NCBI GenBank assembly: GCA_020137815.1
Contig: CM035350.1
Location: forward strand, 682,001 to 746,000
From: Hormiphora californensis
Taxonomy: Eukaryota; Animalia; Ctenophora
Direction: 5' to 3'
DNA: 64,000 nucleotides
Shown: piece after piece, positions 26,235 to 45,900 of the stretch
How the letters are laid out: every line of letters begins with the position of its first letter
Position numbering within the stretch: the stretch's first letter is position 1
The notes under the pieces: generated by a model
Seen by the model: the letters and a program-made list of their open reading frames with translations, nothing else
What the model was told of the DNA's origin: nothing
Databases searched by the model: none
Translations under genes and position numbers: made by a program

Positions 26235-26334
26235 NNNNNNNNNNNNNNNNNNNNNNNNNNNNNNNNNNNNNNNNNNNNNNNNNNNNNNNNNNNNNNNNNN
26301 NNNNNNNNNNNNNNNNNNNNNNNNNNNNNNNNNN
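26235..26334. other. Assembly gap (100 N) with low-quality flanking sequence
   Basis: N run; homopolymer-inflated sequence at ~26335-26520, 26800-27780 and 28650-29135. Confidence 0.98.
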
Positions 26335-27060
26335 AGGGGGGGGCGGGGGGCACCAACTGGGGGCCTGGTTTTTTTGGTTGGGTTTGGGAAAAAAAACCCA
26401 GGGCCCATTAAAACCGGAGCCAAACCTTTCAACCCCTTCCCCCCCTCCTTTTTTAGGGGCCAGCTCCCTTAGTAAAAAGAGGGATTAACTAAATTCAATT
26501 GTTTACTTTTTTCCTTTTTATGGGAGACCTGGTGAAACTCACAAAGTAGAGTTCCGACAATCACTTCTGGAATATTGTTTCAGGCCCCTTTTTTTATCTC
26601 GCTTCCTGATTCTATTTCCTCCTCTACTTAGATAAGACTGTTGGGAGGGATGCAGATACTGTACCAGGCTGTAACAATATGAACACACACAGCCATCAGT
26701 CACCCTAGTTGTTCACCATGTGGTCCAGGAAAACCCGATAAACACACACCCTAGTTCACTGGTTGCTAATACAGCGCTTTAGGGGACTATGAACTATATA
26801 GGGGACTATATTTGAAAAAAAGACTTTTTTTTACATTTTCCTCCCCGGGCAAGGGGGAGGGGGAGAGGGGAGAGAGGAGGGGGAGAGAGAGGGGGGGAAA
26901 AAGGGGGAGAGAGAGGGGGAAGAGGGGAGAGAGAGGGGAGAGAGAGAGAGAGAGAGAGAAGAGAGAGAAAGGAATATTTAAGATCATGTGCAGATGAATA
27001 TCGTGTTACTCTAGCTTTAAAGCTCTTTTTGTGTGTGCGATTCTATCTCTCGCTATGTCC

Positions 27061-27107
<47 letters not shown>

Positions 27108-29163
27108 CTTTTATTTTATCTTCTTCCCCCTCCTCCTGGAACCGCTTCACAAATAAATCCTAACAAGGGAAATTTTAACCCAATCGGAAGCTCAAAAGAG
27201 TTTTCGAAATTCCCCCCCTGCCCCTTTCCAATCCCACAAATTTTGAGACAAGGATCCCGCGGGTTTTTGGGGTCCCTTCATTTTTGTCCCCTAATTTAAG
27301 GGGGGGGGAGGGGCAAAATTTCGGTTTTTCCCCCCATTTCCCAAAAAGAATATTTAAATTTTTTGTTTTTTTGGGGGAAATGGTGGAAAAAGTCCCCTTA
27401 GGTTTGGGAATTTGGGGGGGGAGGGCCCTCAAAAAAATTTTAAGAAACAACAAAACCTTTTTTTCTCCCTAAATTCCCTTTTTAAAACTTCGGAGCCCAT
27501 CCCTTTTGGGGGAAATTTTTTTTTTTAAACGCCCCCCCCCTTTAAAAAGAAGCTTTTTTTGGGATTTTTCTCCTATTTTAAAAATTTTCCCCCCTTACAA
27601 ACAACAAACCCCCCATTTCAAAATTTTGGCAAGATGGGGTTTTCCCCCGTCTTTTTTCTAGTTTTAAAAACCCCCCCTTTTTTTAAAAAACCAGGGAAAA
27701 TTTTTTCGGGGGTTTTCCAGGGGGGAAAAAAAAAAAAAACTGCAGGGGTTTTACATATTTTTATACAAAGGTAAAAACGTAAAAAGTAGCTCACATTTTA
27801 TTTCTGTGATGGTTCGATATATCAACTTCCGCCCTACATATGATAGATCACTAAAAAGTGGATCCACTTTTGTATCTGGGGTTAGTTCTAAGAGTGGTTT
27901 TGTGTACGTTAGTCATGGTTACTAAAAACTAACTCCATGGGGCTTACAAAACAAATTACATACAGGTGCACTACCACTGTACCAAAAAAAACGTTTTGGG
28001 AAAGTATTGGCCTTTTATAAAGACACAGGTATGGTTTATCAACCCCAGAAAATGTGAAAGTGAGCGGGGGTTATGATATATGTTCATGGGTTTACGGGTA
28101 TGTGGTTCTGGATCTCGACAATTTCCACCCTTACCGCTTGGGGTGATAATTTTTTAAACGGGGAATATCACCCCCAAGTTCACACAAAATGCATTGTTCA
28201 CAAACACATCCCTCGTTATTTCACCACACACAAAAACCAACAAGTTCACGTTCACACACACACACACATCGATATATAAAAATAGTCGTTGGGGGGGGTA
28301 TTTTTTGCTGGGAAAAGGCAGCTCCGATGGATCTGAACACATAGATACACCCAATCCGGTAGAGCTTGTTACTAACCCCGTACACTAGAGGGTTACACAC
28401 TCCCACAAACGAGGTCAACCGCAGGCGAGAGTAGTTAGTGATATTACTGATTTTAGGTGGGAAAAAATTACAGCATGTCCTAATAAATAGCAGCCTTGTT
28501 ACTTAGGATATAATGTCCACTAGCTGCATTATGTACAATGAGGGTTTAGCTCTGTCACTGTCTGGTTAATTACACGTATTATTAATTATAGTTACCTCAT
28601 TGCCCAGAATGTGTAATTTTGACATGGTTTGTACTATGCCACAATACCCCAAAAAAAGAAAAAAAAAAATCAGGGGGAAAAGGGGAAAAAAACAAAACAC
28701 GTGCAGACAGAAAAAAAACCGTGAAAGGATTTTTAAAAAGGGAAAAAAACCGCAAAAAGGGGGAAAAAAAATAAAACTTTTTTTCGGAAAGAGCGACAGG
28801 AAAAAGAACAAAGGGGGGGGGGGGGAGAAAAAGAGGAAAGGGGGTAAGTGGGGGGTGGGGAAACAAGGGGAAAACAAGGGGGAGGGGAAAACCCCCCACG
28901 GGAAAAAGGGGGAGGGGGGGGGGAAGGAAAGGGGGGGAAAGGGGGGGACGGGGGAAAAAAAGCCCCCGAAGAGGGAAAAAAAGGGGAAAAAAGGGAACGA
29001 AGAAAAAAAAGGGGAAAAGAAATTGGGGGGAAAAAACCCAAAAACAAACCCAACGAGGAAAACCCGGGCCCCCTCAAAAAATTTTTTTTTTCCCCCTTTC
29101 CCTTTTCTTCCCCCCCTTTTTCGTCTTGTTTTATCCCCCAAACGTATTATTAATTATAGTTAC

Positions 29164-36573
<7,410 letters not shown>

Positions 36574-36684
36574 GTCTATCAAAAATTCATTTTTTTGTTA
36601 AAATGAACTTTCAGATCTTAAAAGTACTACAGGACAAAGTGAAAAAAACCAAAGTGCAAAGTGAAAAATAAGAAATTCAAGTTG

Positions 36685-37272
36685 TTGGCATACGTTGCAG
36701 GCCCCTTATAATATAATATAAGGGGCCTGGAGGGAATACCGCGCTGGGGGGGAATACATAATCAATCATATCTCCGGTTCCAGATAAGGTACAGAAATCG
36801 TTTTGGTAGCGTTGGAAAGAGGAAGATAACAGCTTTCAAATGCAACCGGTTTCAGGTCTCTATCTTATCAGGAACAGGAGATATGAACCAAACTCCGCAA
36901 AATCGAGTGCGGTAAAATAAAAAATTCGAGATTTTAATTCAAATTTGAAACACAAGTGTCCCTGCAGGGACCTGTGACGTCACTTTTTGAAAACAACCCA
37001 TCTTTGAACGGTTATTGCTCAGCCTCCTGAAGTCCAATTAACTCCTCTCAAAAACAGCAAGGTAGATAATTGTCAGATCTAACAGCTAGTGAAAGAATCA
37101 AGTCAAACGGACTTCAGGGGCCAAAGTTATAAGCACCGCCGTTTTTTCGCTCGCAAAGTTATTTTCGACCCAGCCAGGCCCGTCCTGAGCTCAGGCCAAA
37201 CGCGCGCGCGGCATTCCCTCCAGTCCCCTCGTTGCGGGGGTGCGCGCATGAGGGGGCTGCAGCGCATTCCAA
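36685..37272. mobile_element. Non-autonomous element with hairpin-containing imperfect TIRs and 9-bp direct repeats (MULE-like)
   Basis: TTCAAGTTG at 36676-36684 and 37273-37281; ends TTGGCATACGTTGCAGGCCCCT..AGGGGCCTGGAGGGAATACCGCGC versus reverse-complement TTGGAATGCGCTGCAGCCCCCT..AGGGGACTGGAGGGAATGCCGCGC. Confidence 0.65.
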
Positions 37273-37836
37273 TTCAAGTTGTTTTTTAGTTTTTAAAATT
37301 TTAGTTTTCAAAATTCACACACATCTGAAAATGCCCTGTTTAATTGTTTAAAATTCGCGCGTTACATAAATGGCGCACATGTTTTATGAAATTTCGGCGC
37401 GCGCGTAGTGCAAGTGTAAAGTGCGTTTCAAACGACTTGACCTGAGATTCCTGGAAATTCAGGATTTCCCCTTTGTAAATATTGGTTTTCTGTTTAGAGG
37501 TATTTTTATAACGCGCCCAAAACGTTATACTGAGCACTGAAAAGTTGTAGTCTACACTACATAGTTCTAGCCTAAGGGGTTTGAGCCGCGCACAGGGCCA
37601 CACCAAGACCAAATCTCGTTACTTTCCTGATTTCTTTGACACAAACAAGTATTGCAGAGCGGCCAATAGAGCTGGCGGTTTCAAACTTCGTCCGTATTCG
37701 GAGGGATAGATTAGCAGTTCAGTGTTTCAAACCAGGTTTAATTTGGCAAAGTAGAAGCTGAGTTACAACAAAAAAAACTATTTATTGAGATATGTCCCTA
37801 GGATGGCGGAACCGCCCGTAGGGGCAGTCCCAAGCT

Positions 37837-38904
37837 ATGACGACGATGGAGAAGCCAAAGAAATCTTCAAGTATAGGAGAATGTTTGGGTAGTACGATGA
37901 GAAGTACACTGTTTAGTGCAATGAGTGATGTAATGTTGGTAAAGAAAGGAACTCTGAATCGTCAACGCGAGCGAGAAGTGGTAGAGGATTTGCTAAACGA
38001 GATCTTGGAAAAGGATACGGAGGATAATGAGCGTCAATATATTGAGGAAGCACTACCACTAGATTACAAGTTGAAGGAGTACAATGCAGAAAGACTCCAG
38101 GCTATCACTAAGAAACTCTGTCGTCACATTCTCCAGTTAGGAAGGGAAATAGGGAATGAGAAACGATTGTGTGAAACTAAGATGAAGAACTATGAAAGTG
38201 CTAGAACGAAAGAACGCCTGCAACTGGAGGACTGTAATAGGAAACTGGAGGAGGTACAGAAAGAACTTAGCACGTTCAAAGAAGAAGTCGACAAGCATCG
38301 GGTAGCAAGGATTGCATTGCAAGGGAAGCTGATAGAAGCACAAAATAGTTTGATTGAAGTACAAAAACGTGAAAACAACTCGATGTCAGAGTCTGTCCAA
38401 AAGCAGTTGCATGACTACTCCAAGGTCCTTGTACAGAATTGTTCAGCTGCTATTGCTCCATCTCGCCTGAAGGAAGCATGGAAGAAGGCGACAGTTTCCT
38501 CTCCACCAACTGAAAGAACAACTCAGGATAGAAAGCTGAATTTGGTTATATTTGGGCTCCCAGAAACCACTGCCAGGGCTACTGATCATGAAGTTCAGGA
38601 TATCTTTGCTGAGCTAAATGAGAAACCTGTCGTGACCTCCACAAAGCGGGTTGGCCTAAGGACTGATGACCGAGCGAGACCTGTTATCGTCACCCTTGAA
38701 AGAAGGGAATCCTTGCTGCAGCTTCTTCGGAAAGCAAAGCAGCTGCAGAGTTCAGAGAAGTTTTCATCCGTTTTTCTCTCTCCCGACCTATCACCAGACG
38801 AACAGCGAGAGCGGAAATCTCTTGTTGATACTCTGAAAGAACTAAAACGAGATAATCCGAATGGACGTTATTGGATTAGTAAGGGGGTCATTAAATGTGG
38901 CTAA
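37837..38904 (+). CDS. Stand-alone LINE ORF1p-like protein (coiled coil plus RRM/CTD of Tnp22 type)
   Basis: Intact 355-aa ORF; long heptad region then RKLNLVIFGLPE, RVG..RPVIVTL, VFLSPDLSPDEQRERK motifs typical of L1/CR1/L2 ORF1; no endonuclease/RT ORF follows. Confidence 0.8.
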   Translation: MTTMEKPKKSSSIGECLGSTMRSTLFSAMSDVMLVKKGTLNRQREREVVEDLLNEILEKDTEDNERQYIEEALPLDYKLKEYNAERLQAITKKLCRHILQLGREIGNEKRLCETKMKNYESARTKERLQLEDCNRKLEEVQKELSTFKEEVDKHRVARIALQGKLIEAQNSLIEVQKRENNSMSESVQKQLHDYSKVLVQNCSAAIAPSRLKEAWKKATVSSPPTERTTQDRKLNLVIFGLPETTARATDHEVQDIFAELNEKPVVTSTKRVGLRTDDRARPVIVTLERRESLLQLLRKAKQLQSSEKFSSVFLSPDLSPDEQRERKSLVDTLKELKRDNPNGRYWISKGVIKCG

Positions 38905-39906
38905 GTGAACTCTAACCATTGAATTTAAATCGAAAGGACTATCCAAATTGCCCACAAAAAGGGGCGTATATGTTGAGTTAATGCAATGTATACATTTTTA
39001 GATTTAATAATAATAATAATACAACATGTTTTGTACAAATGGTTCAACTTCAAGACCTTTTTAATTTTGATGGCCAGACCTTTGAAGATAGAAACTTCAA
39101 ACTTTGCCACGATCTTTAATATGATGTTAAGCATACCTGACCTACTTTTTCAAAAAATTTTTTCATCATTAACACCTAAAACTGATTTCAAAACCAAGGT
39201 TCCGGGAAAAATTTTTCAAATATGAGTACAGAATTATAATTTTCAGACAATTTGGTGGGGAATACCAAAATTTGGTGCATTTTCATTGAGTGGTTGAGGA
39301 GCTATTAATTTTTGAAGTGAATCAAAGCGGGTTTGTTACCCCTAACTCAGGCCGCATCGCGGGGAGGGGTAACTTCGTTACCAATTGTAAATACACGCGC
39401 AATGCACCAAATTCCAAGAATTACGGGTCAAGTCGCTTGAAACGGACTTTAGTGCAAGTGTTTTTATCAGAATTCTGCACAAACCAAAAATAAAAAACGA
39501 CACGAATTTTCTCGTTTCAAGAACTAAAATCTAGCTCTCGGTCACTCCTTTTATGGTTTACGCTGTCTTCCAGCCGATCCTAATGTTTTTCTATCAGTGA
39601 CTTCATTCCAAACTTGGCAAGAAACTTTTACTGACCGGGGGAAATTCCATGTAAGAGTCAAGAGACTGGTCAGAAAGTGGAGTTTTTGTCCGAGAAGATG
39701 TCAGGGAACAGTAGGAGGAATCGGTTTGTAGTCTGTAGATTACTAGCAACTAATGAGACAAGACTCGATAGTCTTTAAAATAAGATTTTCAAATATTCAG
39801 TTTGAGTTGTATTCGGTTGCGAGTTGCCTAGCTAGACTGTCTTTCGGGCAGGGTTGAACAAAACAAGTACAAGGCGGGTTTAATTGATCATTATATGATG
39901 TAGGAC

Positions 39907-42900
39907 ATGGATAGTGCCGTGAAACAATTTAAAGCAGCGGGTAATGTTGCAGAGATGAGTGAAGCTCTTAAAGAAATCAACGGTCGATTTCAGAAGGTAG
40001 GTTAAATTGATTATTGTTAGCCAACTTTCCCGTTATTTACATGTAAAGGATTTAGAAAAGAGGTTTAAAATTATACTGATAACAATCAAATTATTTGGCA
40101 GGTGCACAGTTGCTCGACAGTCTATTTCTGGCTGCTATTTCTGGCTGCTATTTCTGGCTGCTAGACCTATTTCTGGCTGCTAGACCTATTTCTGGCTGCT
40201 AAACCTATTTCTGGCTGCTAGACCTATTTCTGGCTGCAAGCAGCCAGAAATAGGTTTCTCTCACGTGATCTCTCTATCTCTGTATGGAAACGAGAGACGA
40301 ATCGGTGAAGTGATTCGGTATCTGCAACTAATTGGGTATGGGATACGGGAGACGAATCGGTGAAATGATTTGGTATCTGCAACTAATTGGGTATGGGATA
40401 CGGGATACGAATCGGTGAAACTGAAGTGATTCGGTATCTGCAACTAATTGGGTATGGGATACGGGACCTGCCAAATTAGTTGCAGATCGAGTATGGTGTA
40501 GTCCTCAGTCGGGCGCTGCTGCTGGACGTGTTGGCGAGGAAGATGGTGGTCGCATAGGAACTAGTCCTCTCGATGTGCGTATTCGGGTCCAAGTTTACGG
40601 TCCTCGATACCTCCCGGCAGGCACACAAGTCGAAACGCCGCAGGAGCTGGCGGCGGAGATGTTACACGGCGTGGATTGGGCGTGATAAGAGATCTGTTAA
40701 TCGGTTATCCTATCCCGACATGTTACACGGTGTGATATGAGATCAGTTTATTGGTGATTTGACGCAATGGGTGTGATAACACATATTCGATGTCATGTCT
40801 TGAATTTCAAGTTTGGAGCTAGGGGACCGGTAAAACAAAACAGGTGCCTCTCGTATCCCATACCCAATTAGTTGCAGATACCGAATCACTTCACCGATTC
40901 GTCTCTCGTTTCCATACAGAGATAGAGAAATCACGTGAGAGAAACCTATTTCTGGCGGCTAAAATCTATTTCTGGCTGCTTGCAGCCAGAAATAGGTCTA
41001 GCAGCCAGAAATAGGTTTAGCAGCCAGAAATAGGTCTAGCAGCCAGAAATAGCAGCCAGAAATAGCAGCCAGAAATAGCAGCCAGAAATAGCAGCCAGAA
41101 ATAGACTGTCGAGCAACTGTGCACCTGCCAATTATTTATAAACATGTAAAAGAAGTGTGACATTTCCGTCAAATTTGCATATATACATGTATATATTATA
41201 TAGTTAGATGTATAAAGGAGAGTAATTTAACTAATTCCCAGGTTTCGTTGAGTCATAAGGACGTATTACACAGTTTGGTGTCTTACATTCATCCAGATTC
41301 GATGCCCCGAGTAATTGATGAATCTAATGAGCTCCTTCAATTACATCTCCAATCTTTGATAGCGCTCTTTAAAGCCGACAAGGCACATGCTCTGACCCAG
41401 TACCATATATTCAAACCAGGTAAAAAGCAGTAAATTTTATTGTTAGTATTCACCTGATCATACATTACGTTGCGTGGTGACACAGTTTCTTACCCTCAAC
41501 AGATGACATTGGGGCGATGTTTGAGTTGTTAGTGAGCGACACATCTGGGAGCCACAGTAACTGTTGTCTCAAAGCCGCTCAAGGGTCATGGACCGCAGAG
41601 GCACTAAAACATGCCCAGAATGTGCTCTTTGGGAAATCATTCCAGGTATTATCTCTACTGCTCTACCACTATGCACTGTATATGTAACTAAATATAATCC
41701 CCTCCCTTTGTCCCCAGGTTATTCTGGAGCGGTCCCCTACATCAGACTACTATAACTGTGAACTGACAGACATCGAGTCAGGGGAGAACATCATCACCCA
41801 ACTAACTGCACACAGCGACATTTCTAATGTTAACCTAGGTGCCCCGTTCAGCACTGAAAGGGCATATGATGAGATATCACGTGTAGTTCACGTGTTGGCA
41901 CCTGATTGGGTCTACCTACAGGAGACCACTGAAGATAGCTTGACAGATCTCTCCAAGTGCCTGGTGGACCACTATACCTCACTAATGGAGAGCCCTGTAG
42001 AGCCAGGGGTAACAGGGGATGTAGTTGTGAAGATCAGGAAAGACTTTGTGTGTCGTGCTGTTGTAGTACAGTGGTGCTCAGACGAGGAGGTAGAGGTGTT
42101 CGCTATTGATTACGGGTGGACAATGAGGGTTAGGATTGGGAACGTAGTAGCTAGTGAGGAGTATCTGATGGAGCTACCTGCCATGGCTAAACTAGCACAC
42201 ATACAGAACCTGAGCAACAACAATGTGTTTGTGAAGGTCCAACAAGCCAGTTTAAAGGTTCTACAGAGCTTCTATGGGCATGGAATCTCTACCAATGTTG
42301 TCACTGATAGAAACATTGATATACTCAAACAGGTAACTTAATCAACCTACCACATTCTAGTTGAATTCATCACTAGTTCCAACATCTTCAGGTTCTAGAG
42401 ACGTCTAACAGTGCCGCGGTGATGTTCGAGGTCCTCCTGTTGCTAACTCAGATGAAGCGTTTTAATCGGCCCGCTGTCTCCATGTTCATTCGTCCCGTTC
42501 TACTCGCACTTAAACGGTAACATGACCTATATAGTTAGCTAGTTCTGCTAGTACATTTAGATTTTTGAAATTAATGGATTTTAATGAGTTTTCAAAATGA
42601 ACTGTCAAAGCTTGATTTCAAATTGAAATGATTTACAAGCTATAACCCTTAGTTTAGCGGTAATTATTATTTTAAACGGTTTAACAAACCAGGACCTTTT
42701 AGCTTTGAGATTAGCGTGACGCTCTCACCCAATCACCTGATTTCAAATACTAAGCTTGAAACATTCCTCTCACACGCCCATAACTAAATGAACTCTCGGA
42801 ATGAGCGTGTAGTAGGGACGAATCTTAATTTTTTGACTCACTATTTGGTGGAAAGCAAATTCCGGTTGTAACCCACCTATTTTGACCCGCTGAACACGAT

Positions 42901-45900
42901 CCCGTTCATAGGCAAGCTCGCAAAAGTGGAGAAAATGCCCAAATCGGCCACGCCCTTTTACCTGTATTTTCAGCCTGTAGCCAAAAACATAAATCCTCTT
43001 AGAATAGGAGTAGAGACAAATCTGAGGGCACTAAAGTGATCAGCGCCCTCGCATTAGTGGGGGTAAGTGCTGGAGTTAAGTCTCTATCTCATTTGGTTAA
43101 TTAGATAATTGGATAATTAGGTTTGCGCATAACCGTTTTTTGGCTATATGGCTATAGCCACTTAGGAATGGTTTAGAGACTTTTCACTGGCGCCATTTTG
43201 TAGGCAATAGCCAAGTTATGGGGGGTCGACGTCGGACTTTTAAGCTCTATCTCCAACCGTTTAGCCGTTATTGGGCCTAAACGATGCTCAAAATCGGGCT
43301 TTTTACCGTTTTTTCGCTCATTTTGAGCATCGATTTAGCCCAATAACGGCTAAACGGTTGGAGATAGAGCTTAAAAGTCCGACGTCGACCCCCCATAACT
43401 TGGCTATTGCCTACAAAATGGCGCCAGTGAAAAGTCTCTAAACCATTCCTAAGTGGCTATAGCCAATATAGCCAAAAAACGGTTATGTGCAAACCTAATT
43501 ATCCAATTATCTAATTAACCAGATGAGATAGAGACTTAATTCCAGCACCTACCCCCACTAATGCGAGGGCGCTGATCACTTTAGTCATTAGTGCCCTCAG
43601 ATTTGTCTCTACTCCTATTCTAAGAGGAGTTATGTTTTTGGCTACAGGCTGAAAATACAGGTAAAAGGGCGTGGCCGATTTGGGCATTTTCTCCACTTTT
43701 GCGAGCTTGCCTATGAACGGGATCGTGTTCAGCGGGTCAAAATAGGTGGGTTACAACCGGAATTTGCTTTCCACCAAATAGTGAGTCAGCCACTTCTTTT
43801 TATAAGAGATTCGTCCCTACTAGTGATCAACCGATCTAAACTAGACCGTTTAGCATGCAGGCATTATAATGCGACTGTGAGTTCTTTATATATCTCCAGG
43901 TGGTTTCTATGTGAAGAAGTGCTACTCCCTGGCCTGCATCTCCTAAGCTGTCTGATAGATGATCCCAGAGCAATGGAGGGGCTAGTGAGGAATGGAGGGG
44001 TGACAGTGGCATTGAGAACCTTCACACATTACCCACCCACCTCCAAACTGAGAGCCTGTGCTCTAAAGATAATCCAGCAGTGTATGGGGGATATGACCCT
44101 CCACAATACTAACACCTACACTAGCTGTGAGTTATCCACACTGTGTGAACCACACTGTGTGTGAACCATCACTGTGTGAACCACTGTGTGTGAACCACAC
44201 TGTGTGAACCATTGTGAACCACTGAGCAATATGTAAATATACCCCCCCTCCCCTTCAGTGCCAGTAAGTGGGACGGATGAAGGGGTGAAACTCTCCCACC
44301 TCAGTTACCTCAGCCAGTACCTCCTGTATAACAGTGAGTGCAAGGAACAGAGTCTACTGGATATAAACGTTAGCTACAAACAGTTCCCTATCATCGCTAA
44401 GGAGTTAGTGGCATGTTTGAACTCACCCCAGGGAGGAGTCATCTATCTAGGGGTCACTCCAACAAGGTATTGATGGGTTAATGATGAATTAACTCTTCAG
44501 CCATACTATCTTTAACTTGATAGTTTAGCAGTATAACTAGCTGCCAGCTACTAGCTGGTAGTTTAAGCAGTTTAAACTGCAATTTTTAACAACTTCAGAC
44601 AAATGAGTCTTGACCTCAACTACAATCCTAAACTTCTTATTATTATCTAAACTTCATTATATCTCCCTGCAGGTTTGATAACTGGTTTACCACTTAATCG
44701 AGCGCAGAAAGATGAATTTAGAAACAAGCTGGACAGTATTATATCAAAGAGCATGATTTGTTATCATGATGGCAGGGTGGTCCCCTCCAGTCTTGTAACT
44801 TGTACCTTCCTAAATGTTGAAAGTAAGATACTTCCCTCTTATCTCTAACCACATCTCTACCCTTTTTTTTATTTGAACCTCTCTACCCTGTACACAGCAG
44901 TACTACCAACTTATCTAGAACCACTCACCCCTTTCTAATCCTCCCTCCCTTTCCCCAGACCCCCACGGTACAATGATAGTCCCTGACTCCCACTTCTAAT
45001 CCTCCCTCCCTTTCCCCAGACCCCCACGGTACAATGATAGTCCCTGACTCCCACTTCTAATCCTCCCTCCCTTTCCCCAGACCCCCACGGTACAATGATA
45101 GTCCCTGACTCCCACTTCTAACCCTCCCTCCCTTTCCCCAGACCCCCACGGTACAATGATAGTCCCTGACTCCCACTTCTAACCCTCCCTCCTTTCCCCA
45201 GACCCCCACGGTACAATGATAGTCCCTGACTCCCACTTCTAATCCTCCCTCCTTTTCCCCAGACCCCCACGGTACAATGATAGTCCCTGACTCCCACTTC
45301 TAATCCTCCCTCCTTTTCCCCAGACCCCCACGGTACAATGATAGTCCCTGACTCCCACTTCTAACCCTCCCTCATTTTCCCCAGACCCCCACGGTACAAT
45401 GATAGTCCCTGACTCCCACTTCTAACCCTCCCTCCTTTCCCCAGACCCCCACGGTACAATGATAGTCCCTGACTCCCACTTCTAACCCTCCCTCCTTCCC
45501 CCAGACCCCCACGGTACAATGATAGTCCCTGACTCCCACTTCTAACCCTCCCTCCTTTTCCCCAGACCCCCACGGTACAATGATAGTCCCTGACTCCCAC
45601 TTCTAACCCTCCCTCCTTTCCCCAGACCCCCACGGTACAATGATAGTCCCTGACTCCCACTTCTAACCCTCCCTCCCTTTCCCCAGACCCCCACGGTACA
45701 ATGATAGTACCTGACTCCCACTTCTAACCCTCCCTCCTTCCCCCAGACCCCCACGGTACAATGATAGTCCCTGACTCCCACTTCTAATCCTCCCTCCTTT
45801 CCCCCAGACCCCCACGGTACAATGATAGTCCCTGACTCCCACTTCTAATCCTCCCTCCCTTTCCCCAGACCCCCACGGTACAATGATAGTCCCTGACTCC

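Noticed and set aside
26335-27780. Low-complexity ORFs after the gap
   Set aside because: Poor consensus quality next to the N run.
40490-40690. GC-rich core of the Merlin-like element as transposase remnant
   Set aside because: No convincing DDE or THAP motif in any frame.
42839-43783. CACTA...TAGTG ends suggesting a CACTA element
   Set aside because: No matching TSD there; the outer TAGT termini with GTG duplication explain the element better.
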